A DNA stretch of 61,575 nt, the filler included, from Sphacelaria rigidula (taxonomy: Eukaryota), in assembly GCA_964200075.2 (NCBI GenBank). It is 7 parts of 7 records of this genome, joined end to end, with 100 filler letters (N's around TTAATTAATTAA, not from the genome) between each part and the next. Parts side by side here need not be neighbours in the genome. Positions count along the whole stretch, not along the records: positions 1 to 8,711 come from CAXNAA020010301.1; positions 8,812 to 17,522 come from CAXNAA020010302.1; 5 more parts are not named here. The stretch is one strand, 5' to 3'. The position numbers were made by a program, and so were the translations under genes. Positions 1-11,600 of this stretch are shown piece by piece; position 1 is the first letter of the stretch; each line of letters opens with the position of its first letter. Under the pieces are notes generated by a model that was given only the letters and a program-made list of their open reading frames with translations, had not been told where the DNA came from and did no database searches.

Positions 1-222
1 CCCTCACGCTATTTCTACGATGGAAATCAGATACTTGTACTTCGGAGGGAAAAGAAAACAACGCATCTGACAGTACCTCAAAAGAAATAAGCATGTACGG
101 CATAACGTATGACTTCAACGACGGAACGAGAATCTGCAAAAAAAAAATAGTTGGGATTCGAACTCGTGACCGTCCACCCAAGTGGAACTCTCCTAGATCC
201 CAGTTGGACGACGGGGTACACC
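1..222 (-). mobile_element. tRNA-derived SINE, partial copy
   Basis: Minus strand carries a B-box (GAGTTCGAATCCC, ~153-165); positions 1-35 (tggaaatcagata) match the SINE body at ~33018 and ~36039. Confidence 0.6.
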
Positions 223-299
223 CGTGTCAAACAAGCAGTGAAATTTACGGCTCAATTTGAAGACTTTTCAGCTAAATTGCCACACATGAGTTCTACGCG

Positions 300-1613
300 T
301 CACTGACATGTGCAACAAACGTACCCCAAGATATGAATATATATTAGTGATGGCATTTGTAATTTCTTTGATAATCTCAAAGTGGCTTCAACCCTTTTGG
401 GACCGGATACCCAGAAACATATTTTTTTCACGCAGGGGCCTTTTTGTGAATCGGGGTCATTTTCAGTCAAGTAAAAATCATGCCGATTCACAAGAAGGGC
501 ACTGCGTGCAAACATCATATTTCTGGGAGTTCGGTCCCCAAAGGGTTGATTTGCTGTGGGGCGCCCTTGGTTTCTGCAATAAGATTTTGCGTCTTGATAA
601 AAACCTTGTGTCAAAATTGCAGCGTCTAACTCCTGAAAACGGGCCATGCAAAGCTGGTCAAGTGCTAAAAAATGCTTCAACCTGGCCCAGCTCGTAGCGT
701 TTTGGGCAAAGTACATGCAAGAGGACTTTTTCTAGACTAGATGGGCCTTTGAATTTGGGTCGTCGACACGCACTCCAGCGTCCCATAATCGTAGCGAAAT
801 GTCATTTTTTGGCAGAGGCATTCCAGAGGACTCCTGTTGGACCGAAATGTGGGGAACACGAGCGCAGTGCAACGTGATTGCACGAGCTACTGCGGATGAT
901 GGAGTATACCACCCCCGGGTGATAAACATTCCACTTTCGATTTCCTCTCAATCTATGACGGTCATGATGCCAGGGATCATCTTTCGAAAGAAAATGGTGT
1001 CGTCGATAAACAGAGGTTTTGGAGGTACAGGGTCTTTCCCCCTCTCAAATCGGGGTTGAAAAGCTTATCTCCCGGGTCCGTACTTCGTCACCAATCCATA
1101 TCGTAGGAAGTGGTGGACCTTTTCACGTGAAAAGTGTTGTCCGGTAGATTCATGTATTCGCACAGTGCGGTAATCTCTTGTCTCAGTTGTGCTTGGAGTC
1201 GCCTGCATCACACAAGGAGACCTGATCGCAGACAGGACCTGCAACACGTGAGAAGCGAGGTGGCCGTACAAACACGGAACATAGAGGGAATCTCTGTGGT
1301 CGCCGACTTTGAACCTACGGTATTTTCAGCGTGAAGGCGCGTGCATGCACTTTCCATGAGTACAGCGTCACCGCACAGCACTCACTGGACCTGATATGTG
1401 GCAATGAGAGCACCGCTGTTGCGCTGCCTCCCTCAAAACGATTTTGCTAGCAGGCTTCTGTGTTACCGAAAGAGCGATGGATCCCCGTTGAGCCATGCTC
1501 CAGGTACACGAAGAGGGAGCTGGCCCTCGTCTACCCCGGTGTTGGTGCCTCTCTGACGGGCTAGGGACTCTGCTGATCCGCAAAACAACACCAAAACTGT
1601 ATTTATTCCCCAT
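300..1613 (-). pseudogene. Decayed intronless ORF (~438 codons) with Cys/His-rich N-terminal part, family unknown
   Basis: ORF-track pieces 1368-1613, 1065-1271, 732-929 and 300-716 share one frame with only 5 internal stops; CSHC...RCTHGKCMH segment. Confidence 0.45.
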
Positions 1614-2147
1614 GCCTTCTCCGAAGAACGCGGCTTCTACCGCCGCTCGACATTATTGAGCAGACGTGCACCACAAGAATGCCGGTATCCCTACCCTCAT
1701 GCCCTGGCGCTGCACCATAATGAAAGGCGCACGCCACCGCGGTATGATTGCTCTACTCGCCAGGTGGAATTTGCAATCGACAGCTTACATCACCAAGTGT
1801 ACAACGACGTAGCTGATAGAGTGATAGAACCCCCTCCAACTGTGTGAACTCATGTTGAGACATCTGCATCTCTCTCTGACGGCCACATCCGTGGATCCAC
1901 GATAGCAATGCATTGCATGGCAGATCACAGTCACATTTGTACGAGCCGCGTTTACGGGTGGCACAGCGCTAACTTCATAACAAGCTCCTGAAGGTACTCG
2001 TATTTAATTCATAGTTGTATTGGTATTTTGTCCCCTCCTCAGCACATGATTACAGTTTACGACGACATACGGAGCGAACAATTCCCCACACCTCCGCAGA
2101 AAATCGGGTAGAACGCAGGCAAAGCAAGGTCAGTCGCGAAAAGTCAA

Positions 2148-2345
2148 TCAAGGTAAAGCATTTCTTGGCCTGCACACACCTGCTGATAGATCGAGAACAG
2201 CCAGAGCGGCTTCGGCATCTGAGTAGACGGATGGATCCGTTGGTAGACCGCGTTCGCGAAGTGAGGCGAACGTGACGGATCGCTGTGTGCGTTCGCGGTG
2301 CACCATTAGCTCCCCAAATTTGTGAAAACAACGAGTGTCAAACAC
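2148..2345 (-). CDS. TIPRL: TIP41-like (TIPRL) protein, 3' exon
   Basis: VFDTRCFHKFG..., matching the TIP41 DTR-x-H motif; AAG acceptor at 2346-2348, phase 0; ends at stop 2148 or at a GT donor after 2180. Confidence 0.8.
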   Translation of the reverse strand: MFDTRCFHKFGELMVHRERTQRSVTFASLRERGLPTDPSVYSDAEAALAVLDLSAGVCRPRNALP

Positions 2346-2715
2346 CTTGCATATCGAGTGGGGATGACGCAACAAGCAATCAGGGTCCCGACGGTACATC
2401 AGTGTCGCAGGAATCGCCGGCTCATAGATACTGATAATCAATGATGTATCCAACATTTTCAGTGGAAGCAACTGACCACAGTAGCCGTAGAGAGTACTGT
2501 GCCGGATGTCCCTCACTGACGTCTACCAGAGCAAAAAGAGCAATGGGGGTGCTGCTACGTTGTAAATGTGAGCGGCAATATTTGGTCTGGCATTGTCGAG
2601 TCTGCTGCCCCCGTTCAAGAGGGAGGCTGGCGTGGAGGCTTACACATACGACAGTCAAGTAATCAAAAAAATGTGACCAGTCTCAGGGTGCGACGACCTG
2701 CACTATCGAACAAAC

Positions 2716-2982
2716 CTTCATTGTCACGTTGTCCACGCGTAGCCAGTATCGCAGAAGAACAAACCAGCACTGTGGCATTACTCTTGTTTTGACGCTGAGG
2801 CGTACAATCCCATGATCATGGATGAAGTCCTCGAAGAGAACCACATCGTCGTACATGAGTATTGGACTGCTCACATCCCGAAGCATCGTTCGGTCGATAC
2901 CACCCGGAGTGCATGGCGTCCACACGAAGGCAGTCTCATCGAGTCCTGTGAGCAATCTGATGGGCGGCAGAATGCTATCTTC
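2716..2982 (-). CDS. TIPRL: TIP41-like (TIPRL) protein, core exon
   Basis: PILMYDDVVLFEDFIHDHGIVRLSVKTRVMPQCWFVLLRYWLRVD is the TIP41 signature; CAG acceptor, GT donor, 267 nt, phase 0/0. Confidence 0.95.
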
Positions 2983-3698
2983 CTGCATGGAATGTTAAAT
3001 TACAACAAACGGCGCAACGGTGCGGAGTCGGGACGGCTCTTCCTTGTACGCTGCACCGTTAGCACGGTTGTAACTTTTGTGCGCAACCATACTATTGTTG
3101 ACATGTTTTTTTGGCGGTAGCTGTTTCCGAGAAAGCTAGCAAGCTAGCAAGCTAGCAACCGGTTCACAACTAAATGTCAAGTCGATTTGCCTTATCCTAC
3201 AAACGAGCTCGAAGACACGCGGTCTAGTTCGACACCCAGCAGTAATTCATACCTTCACCACTGCGCTGCTCGCTGCGGTGCGACTGCCCTTCAACTGGAT
3301 AATACTACGGGCTACAGTACGAAGCAGCCGATTGAGGCCAGTGAGATGCAATGATTAGTTTGAGTTCAAGGCCGACGTATCGCTTTGGGACAGTACTGTT
3401 TCACTTGATCATGTGTGACAAACGACGGCGCGTGCGACGTTGGCCATAACGTGGAGATGCATGCAGACGTAAGGGGCACGAAATGGATTCGTGCGTTGAG
3501 GGTGACAAACTGAACAGTTACATTGGTTGTAAAGAGCAGAGCGCTCTTTATCGATAAACACAGACAGAGAAAACTTGACGGTAGTGATGTAACGCTGAGT
3601 TCGAGTTACCCGTTGATCGAAAAGCAACGTTTTCAGGGCGGGTACAGTATTTGCGTCGTTCTTGACAGCGACTGCGCGGACAATCAAGTCGTCCTCAC

Positions 3699-3833
3699 CC
3701 TGCCATGGCCATCAGTAGAACGCCGACAACACGATCCGGCGTAGTCAGTCCCCCACGTCCAATCATATTCCTGCTGTTTGATAGCTGCGCCAGGCCGCGC
3801 TTGCCACTCCTTCGCCTCTTGGACCTTGATCAC
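3699..3833 (-). CDS. TIPRL: TIP41-like (TIPRL) protein, internal exon
   Basis: VIKVQEAKEWQARPGAAIKQQEYDWTWGTDYAGS matches the YDWTxxTDYxG motif; CAG/GT boundaries, 135 nt, phase 0/0. Confidence 0.92.
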
Positions 3834-4751
3834 CTGCCGACAACAATGCGCTGAGATTGACTACATAAAATACGCTCGCCGACTTGACGGGACTCTGTGC
3901 GACCCGCACGCTGCACGCCTGACAAAACCGACGCTTGAAAGAGTTAGTTGTTACCGAAATGCAACAGTAAGGCACATGACGAACGGTGTTGTTTTCTCCT
4001 CGGAAAACGCGATATTTGAAGTAGTATTAGTCTGCCAGTAGCACTGGCAGTCTACAACTTCTTTTTCATGGGAAGGGCGGTAACGCACCCATGCTGGTCT
4101 GCGAAATACTACTCAGGGGCCCGCAAACCGAGCGACAGAGCCTTTCGATATGTTCCAGCGAGCAGATAAAACTTGGGGCCCATAACTCGCGGCATATGTG
4201 ACCTAGGGGCTACCCACCACTCGGCAGAGTTGCCCTCGTCCTCGTCGTCACCTGCTCATCCAAATCTAAGCCCATTTTTCTTTGCTCGACAGGTAACCAG
4301 TTTGTTTTCCTTGTGCAGAAGGAAGGTTGCGAGATTGTTGACATGAAGAATCGCCGAGTGAGCGATTGGAATTACCACTATGCTCTCTTGAGCTGTACAA
4401 AACGTCGAACCGGCATACCGATGGATCACCTGCCCTTAAGAAGTCTTAACGGGCCCGTCCTGTACATCACTACAAGAGGGCTGTGGTGTGAGCGTGACCC
4501 TGTACGCTTCTCGGGACTGTGGTTCAATATATAATATTGCACCATCCACTGCGTGTGTCCGGATCGAATACTTCACGTAAGAGCCATGCCCCCTTGTGTA
4601 GTTTCCGCTGCATCATAATACATACAGCCATCCTCGCAAGTCTCTCATCTCACACTCTCCATCAACATTTTTTTGCATCTTGATAAATTATTTTCCTTCA
4701 GACATCTACAATAAAAGTTTCAACGCGACACTTAGAACGGAGATATCTTAC

Positions 4752-4880
4752 CTCAAACTTGCCCTCGGAGAAGAGCTTCACCCACTGCTTCAGAGCTCCG
4801 CGTGCGTGAAATTTCAGCAGGAATCCGGACGGTGCGTGATATAGCTCCAGGGCATTGTTTCCGAAGAGGATCTCAGGCAG
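4752..4880 (-). CDS. TIPRL: TIP41-like (TIPRL) protein, internal exon
   Basis: LPEILFGNNALELYHAPSGFLLKFHARGALKQW matches the LPEMxFGxN motif; CAG/GTAAG boundaries, 129 nt, phase 0/0. Confidence 0.92.
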
Positions 4881-6006
4881 CTGAGCGATCGTAGGAGCAA
4901 GATTGACGCATCAATTGTCTTCTTGAATTTTGATTTTTTTTCTAATATCCCAAACTTCGTATCGCTTTCCCGCCATGTTTCGAATTTTCAACGAAAATGC
5001 GCATCATGAAAAAAATGTTCCATGTCGTCGGCGCCTCTCTGGATGGCTAGCCTGGAGGATCATCTACAGATTGTGCCAAGGTGATTTTTTGGATCAAGCC
5101 TCTATCGGTGTCCATCCAGGTCCAGAACTCCATTTCCTGCGGGAAAACCTGAATATCTAACGTCAAACGATTCTATGGTCCTCGTTTCATGTAAAGCATC
5201 ACAACTTCATGTGGAAAGCAAACCAGGTGGAAATGACCCCTTCGGGATGCACGGGCGGTTGGACCGGGTCGATTCGATTGCTGTACGCAGCCTTCGAACG
5301 TTGAAACTCGATGTTTGAGCTATGATGATTATTCTTCATGATTAGTATACATGTAATACTTCTGCCTACAGTCGCGGTAAGAATGAGTTATTCGTCGTCA
5401 ACATCGACGTACCCAAAAAAAAAATATCCTACGCAAAAGCTTTTATCGCAGAATAGCAACGACCCACCATCACAGAGTATGTCGATATATTATTAGGCGT
5501 TCAACGTGACCGGGGTTTTCGATTCAAGTAAGTCCTGCTGTGTGTATCTTCTTGATGACAGATGCGCCCTCTTCCCACACTGCAGCATATCAATCACGCC
5601 TTCAGGAAAAATATGACTTTGTACAGATGTGGCTCACTCCCCATCAACGATGTCTTCTGTCGTGCTGCCCCAATCATTATATAATATTGCACTCCAATGT
5701 ACTGTGCACCTTCTGTCCGTGTACCACAAAAGTGACGTTTTGTCAGATCGCCACGTTAGATTGTCTTCGCACACATTCGGGAATATGAAGACTTCCGTTC
5801 TACACACTTGGTCAACGTTGAAAGCGAAAGCCCCACGGGCCGAAATGCGCACCAAACTTTCATCCCTGCTAATTTTCAGAGCAATCAGAGCACAGGCATG
5901 ACAAAAAACATCAAGTCTAAAGCTACAGACTCGCCTCGAGCACTTGTTAGATCTATCGTCCTGGCCACGAGATATCGGTGGGGCGGCGGCAGCGAGCGTA
6001 GCTCAC

Positions 6007-6021
6007 CGTGGCGGATATCAG
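6007..6021 (-). CDS. Candidate 15-nt micro-exon of TIP41-like gene (LISAT)
   Basis: gagcag|CTGATATCCGCCACG|gtgagc, phase 0/0; supported by splice signals only. Confidence 0.3.
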
Positions 6022-6290
6022 CTGCTCAATATGACACAGACACACATCAGCATTGGCATTCGCTTTGAAATAAAACGAAGGGATGTCGAAACTTCTTCAA
6101 GCGTAGTCTGCAGCACATACATTGTACATCTGTGTGCCGGGTTGCGTTGCCTACACACTTTGTACAGCGATGGGTAACATCGCATGTCATTTGTGAGTGC
6201 ACTAGACTTTGATCTCGACGTCTTATGCTGTGTTCGTTCCTCACCGCGGTCACGATCTCTGCGTCACTATAAAAGACCGGTCACACGTAC

Positions 6291-6332
6291 CTCAGATACC
6301 TTGCGGTGGGTCGGAAGATCCTTAACTGATGC
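6291..6332 (-). CDS. Candidate 42-nt exon of TIP41-like gene (ASVKDLPTHRKVSE)
   Basis: ttag|GCATCA...TCTGAG|gtacgt, phase 0/0; weak support. Confidence 0.25.
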
Positions 6333-7979
6333 CTAAGCCGACAAGGCCGCCAAGATCATGGGTCCTGGGTCACGATTTTTTCAAGGTCCCTTCCAGCACG
6401 AAATACACAGACTTCTACCGCGGCAAACAATATTTGAGATGCACTCTGACCCCACTCCCCTGAATCGCAAGACGTACAAAGCTGTGTAGTGTGGCCATTG
6501 GAATATCTTGATATTTTCGATCATGTCCTGTACTCTCGAGATTAATCAGAATGAGCCACTTGCCTCACCTTTAGGCGATGGTGCGGTTTTCGCCCCAGAT
6601 ACATGTTTCAAGGTGAATAAAATCTTCATGTTTTAGAATTTTGCTCTCGTCTTGGATAGGACCCAACAGCACAAAAGTGCAAAGGGCGACCTCGAAGATC
6701 GGAGGGGGGCGGTGTAAACACGATATAGCGCCACACGCCATGCCAACGACGACCCACCTGCATTGGAGTGTCATTGACAACCACCGAACCGCATGCTTGA
6801 ACTCGGGATTCGGGCAATTCACCTGCTGGAGAGCCGCGAGGAAGCTTTTGTGAAAAAGTATGAAGTAGGAGATGTGAAAGGAGTCACCCGTACTTGCGGC
6901 TGGCGGGCCCTCTGTGGGATTGTTATCTCTCTTCAAGCGAATTAGGGGTCTGCGTACCAGTGATTGTGTACGAGTAATATCCACCAGTGCGAATCTACGG
7001 ACGGGAATCAAGTAATCGGATGTTTCACCGACATGATCGTGTGCCCAAGACGATTTTGGCATCTGTGTTTCACTCGCCGCAAACAATGACGATACAGTTT
7101 TCGTTTCCGGAATTTGTCGCAACCTGCGGCTTTCTTTGCAGCCGCGTAGATTCCACGGTGGCGGGATTTGGCGTATGCACCTCGCCCATATACAACAACT
7201 GTAGCTACAACAGTTGCTACTATTAGACCTGGGGATGGCCTCGTCTGTTTTTTGTTGTTGTTACCCGTACCAAGCATCTGTACTTCATCCTCAGCTTCCA
7301 ATCGCAAAATTCAAATGAGCCAAGAAGCATAGTACGTGCGCACGTAGGGGACAGGGGCATGCAACTCATCACCATTCCCCCCCCACTGGCATCCACAAAA
7401 CACGAAACACACAATACACAACACATGACACAGCGGCTTACACTAGCACCCCCAGCAGAAACATGGCTCACAGAGTACCTGCTGAGCGAAGGCCTAATAT
7501 CATGCTACCGATAGACAAAGCGATGCCGTCGGTAAGTAATGGCGTGCGACACGATGCACGTCAATTGTTTTGCACAGCTGACAGCTGAACCGCGCGGTTC
7601 CTTTCTCCCTAAAGCAACCTTGCTTGAGTTTTGTATTCCTTGTGCTGGCCATCTGCACAAAAGTGTTGAAGCAGACATGCCTGGGGCTGGCAGGGGTCCA
7701 CGTACACCATAGACGGAATACATAATCCTCAGCAGGAGTGTGACGTGGAAAATCCTCTTTCGGGGACACGCGCCATGCGCTGCTGGTGTCGACAAACACG
7801 AAAGACAAACCTACCTTTTGGGGCTACGATTGTGGGCCATGACGGCGTGCGTCATCATCGGGGGGGGGGGGGGAAGAGAAATAATGTATTTTCAGCACCT
7901 TTTCGATTCTTGGGGCTGCCAAGTTGACCAAAGATCTTGAAAGTGTCCATACCCAAAGGTTAAGAGAAGATCTCCAAGG

Positions 7980-8711
7980 GTAGGTCGAGTAGAGTATAAT
8001 CAATACTCAGTCTTTTTCAAGAGCCATACTCTTAGTACTCGAAGTTTGAGTAGAGTATTTGAGGTCGTACTCGACCTACTCAATTATTCGAGTAGAGAAT
8101 TTGCGACCATACTCGACCTACTCAAAATTTGAGTAGAGTATTGAGGTCGTACTCAAGTGATACTCTATACTCAACTTTTACTGAGAGTTCTTACTCAGAA
8201 TTTGAGAAGAGTATTTGAGACCATACTCAACCTACGCAAAATTTGAGTAGGGTATTGAGGTCATACTCAAGTGATACTCTATACTCAAGTATTACTGAAA
8301 GTGCTTACTCAAAATTTGAGTAGAGTGTTTGAGACCATACTCAACCTACGCAAAATTTGAGTAGAGTATTGGAGACCGTACTCGACCTACTCAGAATTTG
8401 AGTAGAGTATTTGAGGCCGTACTCGACCTACTCAAAAATTGAGTGGAGTATTGAGGTCATGCTCAAGTGACACTCTATACTCAATCAAGTATTACTGAGA
8501 GTGCTTGCTCAATATTTGAGTCGAGTATTTGAGGTCGTACTCGACCTACTCAAAATTTGAGTAGGGTATTGAGGTCATGCTCAAGTGATACTCTATACTC
8601 AATCAAGTATTACTGAGAGTGCTTGCTCAATATTTGAGTCGAGTATTTGAGGTCGTACTCGACCTACTCAAAATTTGAGTGGAGTATTGAGGTCATGCTC
8701 AAGTGATACTA
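7980..8711. repeat. GAGTA/TACTC-rich satellite, ~41-bp monomer with ~118-bp higher-order unit
   Basis: Monomer tgagtagagtatttgaggtcgtactcgacctactcaaaatt; the block starting tcgagtatttgagg recurs at 8521 and 8639; array runs off the contig end. Confidence 0.9.
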
Positions 8712-8811
8712 NNNNNNNNNNNNNNNNNNNNNNNNNNNNNNNNNNNNNNNNNNNNTTAATTAATTAANNNNNNNNNNNNNNNNNNNNNNNNNNNNNNNNN
8801 NNNNNNNNNNN
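8712..8811. other. Artificial contig-joining spacer (N44-TTAATTAATTAA-N44)
   Basis: 100-bp spacer with a six-frame stop linker; the same spacer recurs every ~8811 bp. Confidence 0.99.
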
Positions 8812-9095
8812 GAGGTTTTCGGGAAATTGGGGGGGTGAACACCGTTTTCCAGTCTGTAGGGCCCCTTGATCGTGTCGGCGTGATTTCGCCACAGATGTCA
8901 GAGGGTGAGATGGCCCCTGGACGTTTTTCCGGTCGGGACCTGGGAGAGCTCCCGGCCAGAGCCGCCTTTGCCGCTTGGGCAGGCGTGGGTTGAGCAAGGA
9001 GGATGCATGACCCGCCCCGTTGGTGTGGTTGTTGCTGCTGCTTCTTCTGGACTTGTTCTTCGCCATGATGGTGTTGGTGTCGCCGTATCTGTACC
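8812..9095 (-). CDS. Possible exon of an unknown low-complexity (Q/H/S-rich) protein
   Basis: ttttttag acceptor at 9096-9098 followed by GC-rich open sequence; frame ambiguous. Confidence 0.25.
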
Positions 9096-9150
9096 CTAAA
9101 AAAGAATCCGGAGTGCCTGGAACACGTGTCTAAATATCTGGATTTGCCAA

Positions 9151-9203
9151 TGCTAAGTTAATGTGCTTCGCATGCGTGAGTTCGAATCTCACGGGTGTCG
9201 CCA
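9151..9203 (+). pseudogene. 3' half of a tRNA-Ser(GCT)-like sequence ending in encoded CCA
   Basis: tGCTaa anticodon-like loop, variable arm gtgc-ttc-gcat, T arm gtgag-ttcgaat-ctcac, acceptor 3' strand ggtgtc-g-CCA; no D arm or 5' acceptor strand upstream. Confidence 0.7.
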
Positions 9204-9851
9204 ATGTGAAGGTCGTGAGACCCATACGAATGGAAGGCGGGAAACATGCATCTATGATTCATGCCATATGAATGGAAGGTAGGGAACTTGTACATTCGTC
9301 AGTGTACCGCACGAATCACAGAGTGGGAATGTGTACACTTCAAGTAGTGTCGCACGAATCACGAATCTCAAATATGTACGAAAATTGATACAAATGTTGA
9401 ATATGACTCGAATCACGATTCTGTTGGTCCGAACCGTGCGATTATTGATGCGACACGTGAGACCTGGAAGGCAGAATTTCTGTTCAGTGGTTAGGGTTAG
9501 GTCCACCAAGTCAGTGCCAACAATATCAAGCAACACGCCGACATAAAAACATCACAACCAAACTTCATCTCGTCTCTGTTGGTTTGTGTGGCCTCTGGAC
9601 CTCAGCTGTCTCAACTGACTGGCTCCGAGAAGTACACTTGATAGGGAGTCGACATCGTGAGCAACGTCAAGGGACTTGGTTCACCTATGCTCAGCTTAAG
9701 TAACTTGCTTCAGCTAGCCTGAAATCGAGTGGCTTCGTTCACGTATACTCAGTTCAAGTTGCTTGCTTCCTCCACACTATGATCGAGCGAATATTTGGTA
9801 CAGGAAGTGTGTAGAACTCGATGTTGTAGCGTTTATTATTCCCCCTCCCGC

Positions 9852-10720
9852 AGAGGGATAACGCTACTGAGCATCGGAGGAAAAACATTCGGTATGATTC
9901 TGAACGATAGAGTGGGGCCTACGCCGGAGAAGGAAGAAGAAATCAACGAGGGGCAAGCAGGGTTTAGGCCAAACCGTACCTGGGGAGACCATATGTTCAC
10001 ATTAGGTAAGGTTAATGAACGCAAGAGAGACGCCGGGCCAACAACGTACTATTTCTCCCAGACGAACAGGAGGTGTATGTCACAGTACGAGGAAATGGGC
10101 TGTAGGAAAAATATGCGAAAAACTGAGATCAGAGAAAAGATGTGAAGAGTGGTGAAAAGGACTTCAAAATATGCGAAAAGTGACATGGTGCTAGCTGAGA
10201 AAATATATCTTGATGTTTTACAAGGAGTTGCACAAAGTATATACGTTTCTCATCCACCTTGTCAAGGTATTTATTACGACATAATAGTGGCAGTAGATGC
10301 AGAAAATCAAGGAGTCAAGGTGGGGGAAGATACAGTATTGGGATTGATGTTCGCGGATGATCTCGTGGGGATATAAGGAACACCACAAGGGTTGTAAAAA
10401 GAGATAGAAAAGGCGCTAGAATACACTAGGAAAGAGAGAGAGAGACAGTGGGCGTAAAAAATTGCGCCGTGATTCATGTAACAAAGATATGGAGAAACCG
10501 CTACAGTTCAAAACGGGAGTGGGGAGAAGAGGAATCGCCAATCGTAGACCAGTATGCATATATATACATACATATACCTTGGTCTGGAGATGAAATAAAA
10601 AAACATTCTTGAGACGCACACATTGATGAAGTAATAGGAAAGGGTAAGACATAGATAGGCAAGACGGGCGTGATCCTGAGAGACTTGCACCTCGATACCA
10701 GGATTAGAGTGATTCTACAG
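9852..10720 (+). mobile_element. Decayed non-LTR retrotransposon (LINE) reverse transcriptase fragment
   Basis: RGITLLS..GK, EGQAGFRPNR, QGVAQ and MFADDLVG motifs, with stops and frameshifts. Confidence 0.92.
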
Positions 10721-11059
10721 GAGGGGTGCATTGTTTAGTTCAAAAAAGTTCGAAGGTAAGAGATTACCAATGACACGGGACAGACCAATTGACATTCTTT
10801 ATCAAGCAAGTGGCAGAGGCCAGTGAGATGAGGGGTTCCTAGGAGATGCAGGGAAAGTTGAGAGCATGAGAGGAAGCGCGGTCATTTTCAGGGAGGGGAT
10901 GCGCGGTGGGGTGAAGGCGGACAAGGAATCGAAATATCACGAAAGTGGCATGTTGATCCTCTTCCTTTCGTCTTCCTCCAGCATTCTGCACTCACATGGT
11001 GTCTCCCTTTCACTCTGCTTAAGTCGACCCGCCCCCACGCGACGCCTAGCTTGTGCTTC

Positions 11060-11390
11060 ATATCATACCAATCTAGGGCATATATCCGGGATATGGATAT
11101 CCATGGGGAATTTCCATCTAGGATGTCAAATCCATCTGCAAAGTTCTTCTAGGCTATGAACATCCGCCTAGAGCATCCACCTGGCATGTGAATGTCCATT
11201 TCGGAAATTCCAGGGCCCATCTGAAATATCTATCCGATACGTCTATCTCGAGTATGGCCACTCATTTGGGAGATGTACCTGGGACGTCCATCTGGGACGT
11301 CCATCTGGGGCGTTCATCTGGGACGCCCATCTGGGATGTGGACGTCCATCTGGGATGTGGACGTCCATTTGGGATTCCCATCTGGACGTT
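11060..11390. repeat. Degenerate minisatellite, ~13-bp unit (gggacgtccatct)
   Basis: Repeated catctggga(c/t)g motifs, most regular at 11280-11388. Confidence 0.75.
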
Positions 11391-11600
11391 TTTATTTTGT
11401 GGCACTTTAAACCCCTCTCCTCCCTCGGGACGAGTTCGTGGCGTCAGGGGACCAACCTCTCTCCCCCGCTGTGCACGTCTTATATCTTCGGCACCGCAGA
11501 TTGGATCAGCACCCTCGCGCCGCGTCGACTCTCATCAAGCAACCCCAGTCACAAAAAAAACATTTTGCTACTCACGTATCTTCAGTCACCCTGGGTACCG
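11389..11600 (-). mobile_element. SINE family copy (3' body)
   Basis: Aligns by eye with 32830-32980 and 35850-36000 (gcacttt.aacccc...gacgagt.cgtgg...gattgg.tcagcac). Confidence 0.7.

Noticed and set aside
150..222. Functional tRNA gene
   Set aside because: Only the B-box is clear, no cloverleaf could be folded, and it adjoins SINE body sequence
7980..8711. CRISPR array
   Set aside because: Palindromic repeats are tandem with no unique spacers, there are no cas genes, and the context is eukaryotic
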